Positions 13,257 through 24,039 of a DNA stretch of 64,000 nt are shown here, piece by piece. Made by a program: the position numbers and the translations under genes. Origin of the DNA: Verrucomicrobiia bacterium (GTDB lineage: Bacteria; Verrucomicrobiota; Verrucomicrobiia; Limisphaerales; UBA1319); the NCBI GenBank assembly GCA_963664225.1, contig OY760937.1, positions 2,752,001 through 2,816,000 of the forward strand. The letters are read 5' to 3'. The notes under the pieces are model-generated. The model saw only the letters and a program-made list of their open reading frames with translations, was not told where the DNA came from and did not search any database. Every line of letters starts with the position of its first letter. Position 1 is the first letter of the stretch.

Positions 13257-14254
13257 GGTTTGTTTGCGGGCGTGGATTGAACGGAGAAAGCTGCGGGGGG
13301 CGAGGCCGCGACGCGGAGATTGCCGATGCGCGCCTGCGAATGGTCGAGGGTCTGGATAATGTAGAGATACATCTGTTTGCCGGCAGCGACACGCACATAG
13401 ACGCCGTCACGGCGGATGGCCTCCAGCACCTGTTGTGCATACGTATTCATGACCTGACTGGTGCCCGCGAGCGCGGCGTTGCGCGCGGTACCGGAAATCT
13501 GGGAACCGAAGACCGTGGTGCGACTCTCCTGCAGCCCGGAAGCCACGGCGGACATGAAGGTCGCCAGAAACATTTTGATCTCGGCATTGGAGTCGCTCTT
13601 GCAGATTTGTCCCTTCAAACCCGCGCTGCCATCGGTAATGCCCCAGCCCGTACCCGAGCGACCTTCCTCTCGATCGAGGGCGATGCCCCGCACGACGAGT
13701 TCCTCGCCACTCTGCCACACAAGGGTCCACGATCCGCTCGCGACGATCCGCTCGCGCATCCGATCGATGCTGGCCTTGCCATGAACTTCCGTGCCAGCAG
13801 GGATAACAATACGGCCGTCATGCCAGAGGTCATCAGTGACCAGCGCAATGATGGGGGTGTCGATGTTGGCCGAGTCCACCGTGTTGACCAAAACGCAGCG
13901 GATCAGGCGTCCGGCGGGCGCATACAATCCGAGCGGCGGCGGATTCGTATCCGGCGGGAGTTGGACGTGGTAATGCAAAGCGACCAAGGGCGAGTTGGTT
14001 TTCACAGGCGGCGGCGGCAGGGGTGCCGGTGGCGCTGGGGGTGGTTGCGGTGAAAAGCTCACCACCGGAACAGTGGGGCGCTCGTAACGGGTCGTCTGGA
14101 CCGGTGCGCTGTTAGTGTAGAGGGTCATGTCCGGAGCCTTACGGTGTGGACGCAGGGCCACCGCGAGGCCCAGGATAAACAGGATGACCAAACCTGCCGC
14201 CGCAACGGCGGCTGGGCGGGAGACAATCGCATCGAAAATACGGGAGTTATTCAT
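13253..14254 (-). CDS. virB10: VirB10/TrbI-like T4SS core protein
   Basis: N-terminal TM helix, Pro-rich linker, then GRLIRCVLVNTVDS, IPAGTEVHG and DGSAGLKG. Confidence 0.85.
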   Translation of the reverse strand: MNNSRIFDAIVSRPAAVAAAGLVILFILGLAVALRPHRKAPDMTLYTNSAPVQTTRYERPTVPVVSFSPQPPPAPPAPLPPPPVKTNSPLVALHYHVQLPPDTNPPPLGLYAPAGRLIRCVLVNTVDSANIDTPIIALVTDDLWHDGRIVIPAGTEVHGKASIDRMRERIVASGSWTLVWQSGEELVVRGIALDREEGRSGTGWGITDGSAGLKGQICKSDSNAEIKMFLATFMSAVASGLQESRTTVFGSQISGTARNAALAGTSQVMNTYAQQVLEAIRRDGVYVRVAAGKQMYLYIIQTLDHSQARIGNLRVAASPPAAFSVQSTPANKP

Positions 14255-15488
14255 TGCAACCCAGGGAGATGCTAAAACTAAAACCAAAGCCCCCTTCCGC
14301 ACCTCGGAGGGAACGTCGATAGGAATGCACGTAGCGAGCCGGCAGAGAGTAAGAGCGCCTGGGCGGAACATAGATCGGGGTGTCATCCCTGGTCCAGGTT
14401 GAGACCATGGGCGACCGGCTGGAAAAGCCTTGTGAGAATGGCCTCGGCTGGACGCGTGCTGGAATCCGGTCGGCAGGGGCCTCATAGTCGGGCCAGCGTT
14501 CGACCCCCGCTGCGGCTCGAGCGCGAGGCGGCGCCTGAGGCTGGGCAATTACTGGAAGAATCGAAGTGCTGGCGGACGGCGGCGTTGCCGCAGCAGGCCT
14601 GATCTGCGGAGCCTCGGTCGCCTGCCACCGGGTCGAAGCTGGGGTGTTGGTTTGAGGTGCGGGTTGGAGTCGGTTGAGCAATACCATGAAATTATTTTTC
14701 GGCGAGAGGGCGTTGCGCGAGCCATCCGGCGTGCCGGTGATGGCAAAGTAGATTGGCACCAACGTTCGGGCGGGCAGATTGCCTGTGGCATCGGTGATGG
14801 ACTGGTAGTAGAGGCGTGTGCCGGCACGCACCATGAGACTCTCCGGGATGAACTGGATGGGGGTGCTCAATTTGTTACTGACACCGATACGGAAAATCAG
14901 CGTGTCCTCAGCGTCGAAACGGTACACTTCCTCGGTGCAAATCGTATAATCACCGTAGTCCCGCAGTGCTTTTGGTCTGACCACCTCGACCGCCGCGACC
15001 AGGGCCGGATGTTGCTGCTGGAGAAGGCCGTGCGCTTTGGCCGTGTCGAGCAGCCCGAGCAGCCTCGCTGGCGGCATGAGACGAGGCGTGGGATTGACGC
15101 CCGGCTCTGGCGGGGCCTCAAAGAGGACCGAAAGCCAGGGCTGGCGTGATTCGACCAGATCCAAAACGTAAGTTTGGCCTTTCCATGTCATGTTGAGCGT
15201 CGTGTTGGTATTGGCCACCAGTGCCCGCAACGAAAAGCTCGAAGAGCCGGGTTGAACCGAGAGCAGAAAGAGAGCGTCCGGGTGTGCCTCGGTGGTCACG
15301 AGCGCTGATTCCAAGTCGGAGGGCGGGCTGGGCAGACGCACGGTGGTCAGACGTTCCAACGCTATTGGAATCCGCGTTACCGCCATTGGATTCAACACAA
15401 GCCGTTGAATGGCGTTGCTCGGTTGCGCTGTGGCAGACACGGCTGCCAGCAGCGCAAATAACAGTGCTTTAGGGAGCAGGTTTTTCAT
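14247..15488 (-). CDS. Secreted T4SS outer-core protein (VirB9/TraK-like)
   Basis: Signal peptide, beta-rich body, position between the virB8-like and virB10 genes. Confidence 0.6.
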   Translation of the reverse strand: MKNLLPKALLFALLAAVSATAQPSNAIQRLVLNPMAVTRIPIALERLTTVRLPSPPSDLESALVTTEAHPDALFLLSVQPGSSSFSLRALVANTNTTLNMTWKGQTYVLDLVESRQPWLSVLFEAPPEPGVNPTPRLMPPARLLGLLDTAKAHGLLQQQHPALVAAVEVVRPKALRDYGDYTICTEEVYRFDAEDTLIFRIGVSNKLSTPIQFIPESLMVRAGTRLYYQSITDATGNLPARTLVPIYFAITGTPDGSRNALSPKNNFMVLLNRLQPAPQTNTPASTRWQATEAPQIRPAAATPPSASTSILPVIAQPQAPPRARAAAGVERWPDYEAPADRIPARVQPRPFSQGFSSRSPMVSTWTRDDTPIYVPPRRSYSLPARYVHSYRRSLRGAEGGFGFSFSISLGCNE

Positions 15489-16143
15489 ATCGCAGCGTGA
15501 ATTGGGTCACCAGGGTTGGCTGGCGCCGGTTGCGCAAGAGATCGGGATTAGGTTTGAGCGTCAATCGGAGCATGAAGGGAACGACCTCGGTGAACGGCAC
15601 TTTTTGGATCGCGCCCCAGCGGGCGAGTTGCCCGGTGATCTGCACCTGGACTTCTTCCGGGCGCGTTTCGATGGCATCGATGCGGCTGATTTGAGGTTTC
15701 TGCTGGATCTGCCGGTCATTGAATTCACTGGCGTCAGACGCCTTCAAGGCGGTGGCCTGCTCAAGGGCGCCCGGCGACAAAATCGCTTGCAGGATCTCCG
15801 GCTGATCGAAGTCCTTGGGATTACGGAGGAGTAGCGCGTTGGCGGCGAGCAGACCCTGCTGCACATGCAATTCCTTCGCCTCGATAAACCTGGCCCCAGG
15901 CGCCACAACGACATTGCCATTGGGGTCGAGGACGACAAATAAAACCTGCTGGCGCACGTTGGACAAGGCCACGCCAAGCGCGAGGGCATTTCCTATCAGG
16001 GCGAGCAGGGTCACCCAGAGGCTCAGCCGGGCCAGGCGGTCCTTGCCGGCCAGGAACGCCGAGGGGATGAGCAGTCTGCGGATGGGTTCGATTCGCTCCG
16101 AGAGGACTGGGGTGATGCGTTCGGTTTCCATGGTGTAGCTCAT
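15469..16143 (-). CDS. VirB8/TraE-like bitopic T4SS protein
   Basis: One TM helix followed by a periplasmic domain of NTF2-like size; operon position. Confidence 0.6.
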   Translation of the reverse strand: MSYTMETERITPVLSERIEPIRRLLIPSAFLAGKDRLARLSLWVTLLALIGNALALGVALSNVRQQVLFVVLDPNGNVVVAPGARFIEAKELHVQQGLLAANALLLRNPKDFDQPEILQAILSPGALEQATALKASDASEFNDRQIQQKPQISRIDAIETRPEEVQVQITGQLARWGAIQKVPFTEVVPFMLRLTLKPNPDLLRNRRQPTLVTQFTLRYEKPAP

Positions 16144-17237
16144 TTCTTTCGCGCAGCTTCAGCGATATCCCGGGCCTGCTGGTCGCCGCTGGGATCGCCC
16201 GGTTTAGGCTGCCAAGGTGCGGACGAAGGTCCTGCGGTGGCTGACCGAAAGGTGTCCAGGTTCTGCTCGCCGATTACCGAGTGGGTGTTCGGGGCCGGGG
16301 TTGCGGAAGCGTGCATGCGTTGCCAGACCTGGCCGGCACCGTGCAACGTGGCACTGACCGCCTGGCGCGCGCTGTGCGCCGCAACAGGAAGTCCGAAATA
16401 GGAAGGCAACCCAGTATTGGCCACGAGCTGGGAGGCGTGGGTAAGAACCTGCGCGGGCCCGGCCGAACCGACGATGAGCTTTTGGATGTACAAAGGTGCC
16501 AGGGCGGAAGAAACGAGAATCCAAATCGCCACGACACCCACCGCGAGCAATGTCTTAAGGCCATATCCCAGCGATCCAAGCACTGATCCGCCTCCAATGA
16601 AGTCCTGGGCGGCGGCGGCGTCCAGCAGCCCATCAGTAAACGTGGCTGCAAGTGCTAAACCTATGGGCCAGAGTATGATGCCTATTATACGCAGCAGATG
16701 TCGCAGCCCGAGGCTGCTGACAGGGCGGATGGCCAGGCAGGGAAATAAAAGAGGAGAGATGGCCCAGCACAAGAGGAGGATGGCGCGCTGGAGGTTATAT
16801 ACCAGGAAGAGCACTGCCATCGCCAACCAGGAGATGAGGGTGAGGACGGCATACATGATGGCCTCGAACCAATTGGCACTGAAAAGCGTGTCCCAGAACG
16901 ACGACTGATCCTGCCCACCGGGCGCGTTCTGGGCGGAGGCAAGTAACTCCTTGTATCTGGCCGCAACATTCTCCGGGCGGGCCGGGATGAATTGTTCGAT
17001 CCACTGTTGGACAAACATTTGGCCCGCAGTGACCAACTCGTGCGACTGGGCCAGCAACAGGACCACGAGAAACAGCAGCACCAGGAACTGGATAAGCCGG
17101 ATGGGAGAAGGCGGCCCGTGCCAGAATTCGACAGCGAAGGCGATGACCAACAGGATCATCGCCCAGGGCAGCAGTGCTGCGTTTAAATCAGCGCAGCTTT
17201 GCACGAACCGGGGGAATGTTTGTTCAAACGGAGTCAT
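16140..17237 (-). CDS. VirB6/TrbL-like polytopic membrane protein
   Basis: Several hydrophobic TM segments; operon position after the virB5-like gene. Confidence 0.7.
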   Translation of the reverse strand: MTPFEQTFPRFVQSCADLNAALLPWAMILLVIAFAVEFWHGPPSPIRLIQFLVLLFLVVLLLAQSHELVTAGQMFVQQWIEQFIPARPENVAARYKELLASAQNAPGGQDQSSFWDTLFSANWFEAIMYAVLTLISWLAMAVLFLVYNLQRAILLLCWAISPLLFPCLAIRPVSSLGLRHLLRIIGIILWPIGLALAATFTDGLLDAAAAQDFIGGGSVLGSLGYGLKTLLAVGVVAIWILVSSALAPLYIQKLIVGSAGPAQVLTHASQLVANTGLPSYFGLPVAAHSARQAVSATLHGAGQVWQRMHASATPAPNTHSVIGEQNLDTFRSATAGPSSAPWQPKPGDPSGDQQARDIAEAARKK

Positions 17238-17239
17238 AA

Positions 17240-17995
17240 TCAGGGCAGTCGTCGGCGCGGATCAGGGATGTGAACGGGCGTGGTGTCCGGGGTCAGAAAA
17301 TTGGCCAGCTTTTCGGAGGCCGCGTGAAAATCCGCCACGCGCTCCTCGCGGTGCGCCAGCTCCTGCCGGGCCGCGTCGGTCTGATTCTCGACGTGCTGGG
17401 CGAGCAACCGGTTCAGCGCCGCTTCGCGCTCCCGGTCAATCGCAGAGAGCTCCGCATTTTGTCCAGTGAGAATTCCTTGGAGTTTCTGGACTTCGGAGAG
17501 GGTCGAAGCGGCCTGTAACTGGGCCAGCGATTTCTGGATCTGCGCTCGCATCTGCTGTCGGCGTTCCTCGGTGTCGTGCATCACGTCCTCCATTGCGATC
17601 CTGGCCTGGGTGACTGCATCGAATTTTTTGTAGCTCTCGGTGGCGCGCTTGACCTGGCTGCCGTCGGCCGTCGTAATAACCTCGCCGGGCGGACGGTAGA
17701 GGCCATTGCCATCATAATGGAGTGCTGCCGCGCCGCTGGCTAGGCCACGCAACTCCTCCAAGGTTCGACCGACACCCGTGGTCCCCAGGCTGCGGATCAG
17801 GTCGGTCGCCGAACTGGGCTTGATGGACGCCGGATTGCCGAGGCGATCGAGTTCGGTCTTTAACTGGTCGAGTTGCTCCGTTGCCACACGCACGTTCTCA
17901 AGCACCTGGCCGAAGACGGAGGAATCCGTCACGGGTATCTGGCCGAAAGCCCGGCTGACCAACAGCAGGGCCAGAATAAAGATGAATCGTTTCAT
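17240..17995 (-). CDS. VirB5/TrbJ-like minor pilin
   Basis: Signal peptide, then QIPVTD and long amphipathic helices. Confidence 0.65.
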   Translation of the reverse strand: MKRFIFILALLLVSRAFGQIPVTDSSVFGQVLENVRVATEQLDQLKTELDRLGNPASIKPSSATDLIRSLGTTGVGRTLEELRGLASGAAALHYDGNGLYRPPGEVITTADGSQVKRATESYKKFDAVTQARIAMEDVMHDTEERRQQMRAQIQKSLAQLQAASTLSEVQKLQGILTGQNAELSAIDREREAALNRLLAQHVENQTDAARQELAHREERVADFHAASEKLANFLTPDTTPVHIPDPRRRLP

Positions 17996-17997
17996 AA

Positions 17998-18405
17998 CTA
18001 CTCCTGTATCCGAATAGTGCGACGGGTCGGTTCCAATAAAATTTCGTTCTCCCAGTGTTCGGGGATTACCACATCGATGAGACGGTAGGATTGCTCAGGT
18101 TTGGTGCGCTGTTGATCCTGGAGATGCCAGTAGAGGGTCTTCACCGCATCGCCGCTGCCGCGAGTATATCCGTCAGAGTAAGCGTTTTTTTCGCTGCGAC
18201 TCTTCCATGCCTGAAATCCTTCGCTTAGCAAGACACCTGCCGCTGCTCCTCCAGCGGTGGCGATCGGATTGCCATTGCTGAGTTCGTAGCCAGCATAAGC
18301 TCCACCCGCGCCTAGCGCGGCGTCACTGAGTGGGCGTTGGAGGCCGGCACAGCCGCAGAGAATCGGCAGCGCCATCAGACCGGGTAATAGAATGTTTTTA
18401 AACAT
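17998..18405 (-). CDS. Glycine-zipper lipoprotein of the transfer operon
   Basis: Lipobox LCGC and GAGGAYAG...GGAAAG repeats; start at MFKNILL. Confidence 0.65.
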   Translation of the reverse strand: MFKNILLPGLMALPILCGCAGLQRPLSDAALGAGGAYAGYELSNGNPIATAGGAAAGVLLSEGFQAWKSRSEKNAYSDGYTRGSGDAVKTLYWHLQDQQRTKPEQSYRLIDVVIPEHWENEILLEPTRRTIRIQE

Positions 18406-21021
18406 GATTTGCATGGTTGAGGGTTGAAACGGGAGCCGCTGGAGGGACTTCGTGGGGTAACAAGGTGTAACGCACCGTACCGCAGACGGGCTGGCGCGCA
18501 TCGCTATGCCAGTATAGAAACTCACTGTGCTTTTCCCCGGTCTGCTGGTCCGGACGTGGAAATCGAAGGATCGCTTCCTGAGCGGCGCGGGAAAGCCCAA
18601 GGTCCTGGCTCAGGCGCTCGATATCGCGGCGGTCACCGGTGTTGAAGATCAGCCACGCGCGGGTGTTGCCAACGAGCGAAGCGCGAAGGGCCGTATCCGC
18701 AATGCGGGAGTATTGCTGAGACACAATGATCACCTGGACATTTAGCTTGCGAAATTGTTCGATTGACTCCCGCAGAATTGCCTCACCTCCAGGGATTTGC
18801 AGAAAACGTGAGACCTCCTCAACAACGAAACGTTTGAGAGCCTGCCGGGGCAGTGTCAGGCAGCGTTGCCGGGTCGCATGAAAAGCACCAATGCCAACGA
18901 CCTCCTTCATTTCTCTGGCTGCCTCGGGGATGAAGCCGAGTTCGAAATGGAGGACCGAGCTGGTTAACGACACGTTCGGAATACCATCGAACAAAATCCC
19001 GTAATTGCCCTCGCGTGTCCACGGGAACAGGAGCGTGGCCAGCCAACGACACTCTTCTTCATCTTCGTCCGACATGGAGAAATACTCCTGGAAGGCGCTG
19101 AGCGTGAGTTCCTCCTCAGGCTTCAGATAGGCAAAGGCCAAGTCGTGGACCTTGCGAGTTTGGGTGGCCTCGAAATCACGCACAGCGGATTCCGAAAGTC
19201 CAGCCAGCAGCGCGGCCGCCTCGTCCGGATGTTGGTGCTGCCAGTCGCGGAAATCCACGAAGGCCTCGGTTTCGGAAATCCGGTGTTTCCGAGCCCAGTT
19301 GTCCAACGCCAGGGCATGGCGGACAATTGCGTCGCGCTTTTCCTCAGGCCAGGTTTGGAGGCGCTCCTGGGCATGTTCATCGCAGAGTTGAGCAACAATG
19401 CGTGCGATAACCGCCGAGCGACGTTGCATCTGCTCTTCCCCGTTCCGGACGCCCGCCATCCGCAGGAGCGTGCCGGTGAACATGGCCCTGGTGATTGAAG
19501 TAAGTGGTGCTCCTTGCGTTGCGAAGATGGGCAGCGTCAGGGTCCCGTCCAGGCGCACGTCAATGACCTCCGCGCCGCAACTCTCGGTGTACGGAGCCAG
19601 TGAGCGGCCTTCTTCGATGATGGCGGTAAAGGCAATCATGCGCTCGTCTCGAATAGGATTTTCTGCAAGACCACGCTCTTGCCTGTTCCGATGGCTCCGA
19701 CGATGATCATGTTTTGGGGGGTCACCCCTGAACCTTCGCCCAAGAAGTTGACCAGATTCACGAGGTTGGCGTCCGCGCCGGGGAACAGGCAGTCCGTGGG
19801 GCCGGGGTGGCCGCCGAAACTGCCACACCAGGGCAACAGGTCCGCGGTGCTGCGGTCTTCCGCATAGTGCCGAAACCCCGAATGCCGACTCCACATCCAC
19901 CCAGGCATCGTCTTGGCAAAGAGCTGGCGCGAGGTGGCCGGTAGCGTAGCCTCATAGTATTGCGCGCCATTCATCGCCTGGATCGCACTTTTGACCGCTG
20001 CCGCTTTCGCGGCCAGTTCCTCGGATGTCCGGGCACGGACGATGACGATGAACTCAATTTCAAAGGGCACGCCCTCACCGCTGGCAAGTCGCCGAACTTT
20101 TTCGTCCATTTGGGCCCGCGCCACCGCCAGCCGTTCGTCCGGTTTGCGGGCCAATTGGTGATGGATACGGTCCAGAGCGGGCCGCAGGCGATTGAGGACG
20201 ATCTCCTTGTCCAAACGGTGGACGTGAACGGTTGTGGTGAAGTCGCCAAATGGCAAATGGACCAGGCGATGGATGATCGTGGGATACGTCTCAGTGGGCA
20301 GGCGCTTTAGCGTTAAAGCTAGATACAGCCACCCATCAAGGACAAAGCCCTGCCGCCCCAAACCACGCAACTCGGAGTGCCAAAAGCTCTCCAGGAGCGA
20401 GCGTTCAGGATCGAAATGCGTCGTTGGATCATAACTGACGCGCTCGCTGAAGGATGGATTGAGGGTATTAGCCCAAAGCCGAACGTGATCGGCTTCGGTG
20501 AGCGGAATCGCGCGTCCGCCTATGGGCTCTAAAGATTGATGGACGGTCTGCTTGAATTGGGCGAAGGCCGTCCGTGCTTCGCTTAACAAATGCGCATATT
20601 CCCGTTCACTGGGTTGCCGCAACCATGAAATGGTGTCCGGACTTAGGGGACATCCGAAAAAGATTACCACCCGCACGCAACGCAATTCATGCCTCTCCCG
20701 ACGCTGCGAAAGGGAAATGAAATTCGCGTTGCGCAAAAGCCGGGCGGCCGGATTGGCGCACTTTTCCGTCTGCCGCTGGTATTCCAGCAGGCGGAGGCCA
20801 TCGCCGCTATCCTGGAATTGGATTACCTGCAAAGACCAGTTTTCGGGCAGCAGACGCAGAATGAGGCCAATGACGTCCTGTGCCTGGTTCCGCTGTTCAA
20901 AAGATGTTTTCTGCATGTCAGGCATTTGGATCCAGAGGCCTGACGCGACGTGGCCGCCCGCCGGACCGGGGAATTGGATCAGGTCGCCAAAAACGTATCC
21001 GTCTGGTAATGTGTCAAACAT
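18398..21021 (-). pseudogene. virB4: VirB4-like T4SS ATPase split into two ORFs (21021-19636 and 19639-18398)
   Basis: The first ORF ends 11 residues after Walker A (GAIGTGKS). The second continues the same ATPase domain (AFTAIIEEG...VVEEVSRF...FRKLN...SQQ). Confidence 0.8.
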
Positions 21022-21349
21022 GGCGCAATGGATGTGGAGGGAATTGACGGGGCGGCACGGCGTGCCCGCCGGTGACGAGTGAATCGATCAGATCGAACAA
21101 ATACCCGGGAGGTCTCCCTTGATACCCGAGTCGTAAGAAGGCGACGACGGCGATCGCGGGGAGCGCGGCCCAGCCAAGGGCATCGAGGAAGTCGCTGCCC
21201 AGCCCGTAGTAAAGGCCGGTGAAAAGGCCCAGGCTGGCGAGCAGCCCAAGGCCTATCCACGGGAATAGGGCTGTCTCGATGCCGAGGAATGCTCCTTGGA
21301 ATTCGTCGGCGCTGTGCGTGGCGGTTAGACGGAGGTCATCTTCGTTCAT
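21014..21349 (-). CDS. VirB3-like small membrane protein
   Basis: About 111 aa with two TM segments, directly upstream of virB4. Confidence 0.6.
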   Translation of the reverse strand: MNEDDLRLTATHSADEFQGAFLGIETALFPWIGLGLLASLGLFTGLYYGLGSDFLDALGWAALPAIAVVAFLRLGYQGRPPGYLFDLIDSLVTGGHAVPPRQFPPHPLRHV

Positions 21350-21363
21350 ATGCGGAAACCTCT

Positions 21364-21822
21364 TTACATTTGTGTGCCAGCCAACTTGGCGAAGTAATAG
21401 ACAAGTGGTACGGCCATGACGAGGATGAAGCCCGCGGTCAGCGCGACCACGCCGTCGAGGTGCCGCCCTTGCGCGATTTGAATGGCGCCATAGGCCACTA
21501 AGCAAACTCCAAGCAAGATCAGCACCCAGGAGAGGAATTCAAGAAATGACTTAATAGCCTCCTTCGGATTTACTTGGGCCAATACCACACTGGGCTGGGC
21601 TGCTGTCAGCCACAATGCATGGCCGTTGGAAGAGCCAGCAACTGGCAGTGGCAGTGCAGGCGCGGCGAGCGCAGGCGACAGAGCGAAGGCAAGCAGCGTC
21701 GGAGCGATGTGGCGGGCCAGCGCCCGCCGCCAAAGCAATGCGAGGCCTGCGAGAAAGGATGGGCCGAAGGCGCGCCCGGCGATTGGCAAGGCGCGAACCA
21801 GAGAATTATTTGTGTTTTGCAT
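21364..21822 (-). CDS. VirB2/TrbC-like pilin
   Basis: Long leader followed by two hydrophobic helices; first gene of the operon. Confidence 0.6.
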   Translation of the reverse strand: MQNTNNSLVRALPIAGRAFGPSFLAGLALLWRRALARHIAPTLLAFALSPALAAPALPLPVAGSSNGHALWLTAAQPSVVLAQVNPKEAIKSFLEFLSWVLILLGVCLVAYGAIQIAQGRHLDGVVALTAGFILVMAVPLVYYFAKLAGTQM

Positions 21823-21866
21823 GATCGTTTTTTTATTCGTGGTTTTCAGGCGCGTAGTGCGTTCAC

Positions 21867-22527
21867 TTAACTCTTCCGTTTGTTAGGGCGCGTTGGTTGC
21901 GCGGAAAGTGGCAGGTCGGCATTTCGGCGGTCCCTGATGGGCGACGCGGCGGGAACCATCCAGTGATGCCGGAGTAGGATTTCTTGCATCTGGAGCCGAA
22001 TGCGGTAAAACCGGCTCTTGAGACTGGACTGCGAGACGCGAGGTTCATCTTTAGAGCAATTCAGCAATTTCTTTGAGGGATAATCCTTTTTCATATTTTA
22101 AGCGGATAAGTTGTTGATCTTTGATGGACAAATGTTGCAGTGCTTCGTTAAGTTCCGCCCGGAGGTCGGCCAGCCAGAGATTGTGCACAATTGCTTGGTC
22201 AGCAATTTTCAGATCATCGTAGAGGGAGGTCAGCAAGTTACGTGTCCTCTGTTCCTTACGGCTGCTGTCAATGCCGTCGAAGAAAATAATGCTCAGGAGC
22301 AGGGATTCGAATGACCCTTTAGAGGGATCGAAACTCAGAAGAGCTTCGAGCATGGCCCCATTTACAACGAATTCTGGATCTGAAATGCCCCTGCGCCGGG
22401 CGAAGCATAAGGCCAGACCGAGATGCTCATCATTAAGTTGCTTGAATAGCAGTTCCTGCTCAGGCGTGAATGGCTGGCCGGCCTCTACGGATTGGTTTTG
22501 CTTGCGCTTGCGATGAGGCTTTTTCAT
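21867..22527 (-). pseudogene. ECF-type sigma-70 factor, frameshifted in region 4
   Basis: FDPSKGSFES (region 2) and ALQHLSIKDQQLIRLKYEKGLSLKEIAELL* (region 4). The recognition helix SLKSRFYRIR continues in the adjacent frame. Confidence 0.75.
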
Positions 22528-23271
22528 AATTTGATCCGATTCGGCATTGTTGTTTCGTTTTCGACTCCGCGACCCAACCATCCGGTGAGGCGCACGTCCC
22601 ATCAGAGCAGATTCATATAAACCTTGGGGTGATTTCCGTTTAGCCACTCGGAATAAACCCTTCGCTGGTGCGGAAAGCAGGCGGTTGCGGGGCTAAAAAA
22701 CGGGCGAAATCCCAAATAAAATGACAAATTTCGAGAACGTGAAAAAGTATCCGCCCATTGGAAGACTGGCGTGGTAAGGATTTTGAGTGTGCCAATTTCG
22801 TCCGCCAACGGCACACTGCGGAACCGTGCGAAATTGCCATTACTGGCTTAGAAAATACACAGCCATTCCATGGCAACACATAGATAATCAACAAGTTGTG
22901 ATAGTTCTATTTGAAAAAAAACAGAGGTTGTTTTTGCTTGTACGAAAAGTTCTACGTTCAAAATGCCAATTAAAACGATCTTTTTTCACTCTGAGCAGGT
23001 CAATTCCTATGGGATCGCTGTGCAAAATTTAGGGTTATGATTGGAACGCGAATACCAGCACATGGAAGCGATATTGACACGGAGACTGCCCATTGGGAGT
23101 CCGTATGAAGCTATAGGATTTCGAATACTTGAGGATAAGAACGACAGTGCGTCGTGTCCGCTGCAGCAAAGAATCGAGGTGTATCTCTGGTTCGGGATCC
23201 GCAGCGAAAAAGCCTGATACCATAGTTCTTCTGGCTTGATGCTTTCATTATCCTGGGGTAATCAAAAGGCC

Positions 23272-24036
23272 GTGACGCCCGATGAGATAAACCAGCGAGA
23301 ATCGCTGCTCGACCTGAACGAGCAGGTGTGGAAGTTTCTTAAAATGCTCAGCAAGTGTCCGCGAGGGCGGAGGTGGGAGGATCTCTCGTCGGTGCATCAG
23401 GAGGATCTACGGTTTTTTCACGAACGGATTGATTTCTTCTTGTGGAAAGTCTCGCTGCACGAAGGGGACCACCTCGAAATGATTGCCACGGCAGTGACGG
23501 AAACGCGCCTCGTGCTCTTTAGGCTGTTGCATAAAGCGCACGATGGATGGTTCTCAAGGCGATGGCGCGCCCGATGGACCCTTGAATCCTTGCCGCCGAA
23601 CGTATGGCTTTTCCGCCAGGTGCGGCAGAGATTAGCAGAACTCCGAATCGACTTAGGCCCGATCATGCTCCCGGTCCAGCATGATCGCCTTCACGCTGCG
23701 AAGGGGTTCGCTATTGTCCATGATCCCGTGCAGGTGCGGTTGGCGGCAGAGCATTGCTCTTTTCGCAGTCCCAAACGACGCGGGAGTCAGGCTATAGAAG
23801 GAAACCTGATCAAGACGGGCAATGTCTCTCCAGAGACCTGTTGTCGGCGGGCGTGTGATCTCTTGCTGATCGCGGCGCTTGGTTTCAGAATACGGGAGGC
23901 ATGCCTCCTATTGGGCCTGAAGAAAACCAAGTATATTGACATGACTCAGGAATGTGACGAAAACCGGAACCTCTTGATCTCCGGCCAAGCGGATGCAACG
24001 CGTGGCGCAGCCATTCCCGCAAATCGAGCGCCTTGA
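23272..24036 (+). CDS. Divergent sigma-factor-like protein
   Basis: Helical protein with a C-terminal HTH-like GFRIREACLLLGL; followed after 3 bp by a bitopic membrane protein. Start uncertain. Confidence 0.4.
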   Translation: MTPDEINQRESLLDLNEQVWKFLKMLSKCPRGRRWEDLSSVHQEDLRFFHERIDFFLWKVSLHEGDHLEMIATAVTETRLVLFRLLHKAHDGWFSRRWRARWTLESLPPNVWLFRQVRQRLAELRIDLGPIMLPVQHDRLHAAKGFAIVHDPVQVRLAAEHCSFRSPKRRGSQAIEGNLIKTGNVSPETCCRRACDLLLIAALGFRIREACLLLGLKKTKYIDMTQECDENRNLLISGQADATRGAAIPANRAP

Positions 24037-24039
24037 CCT

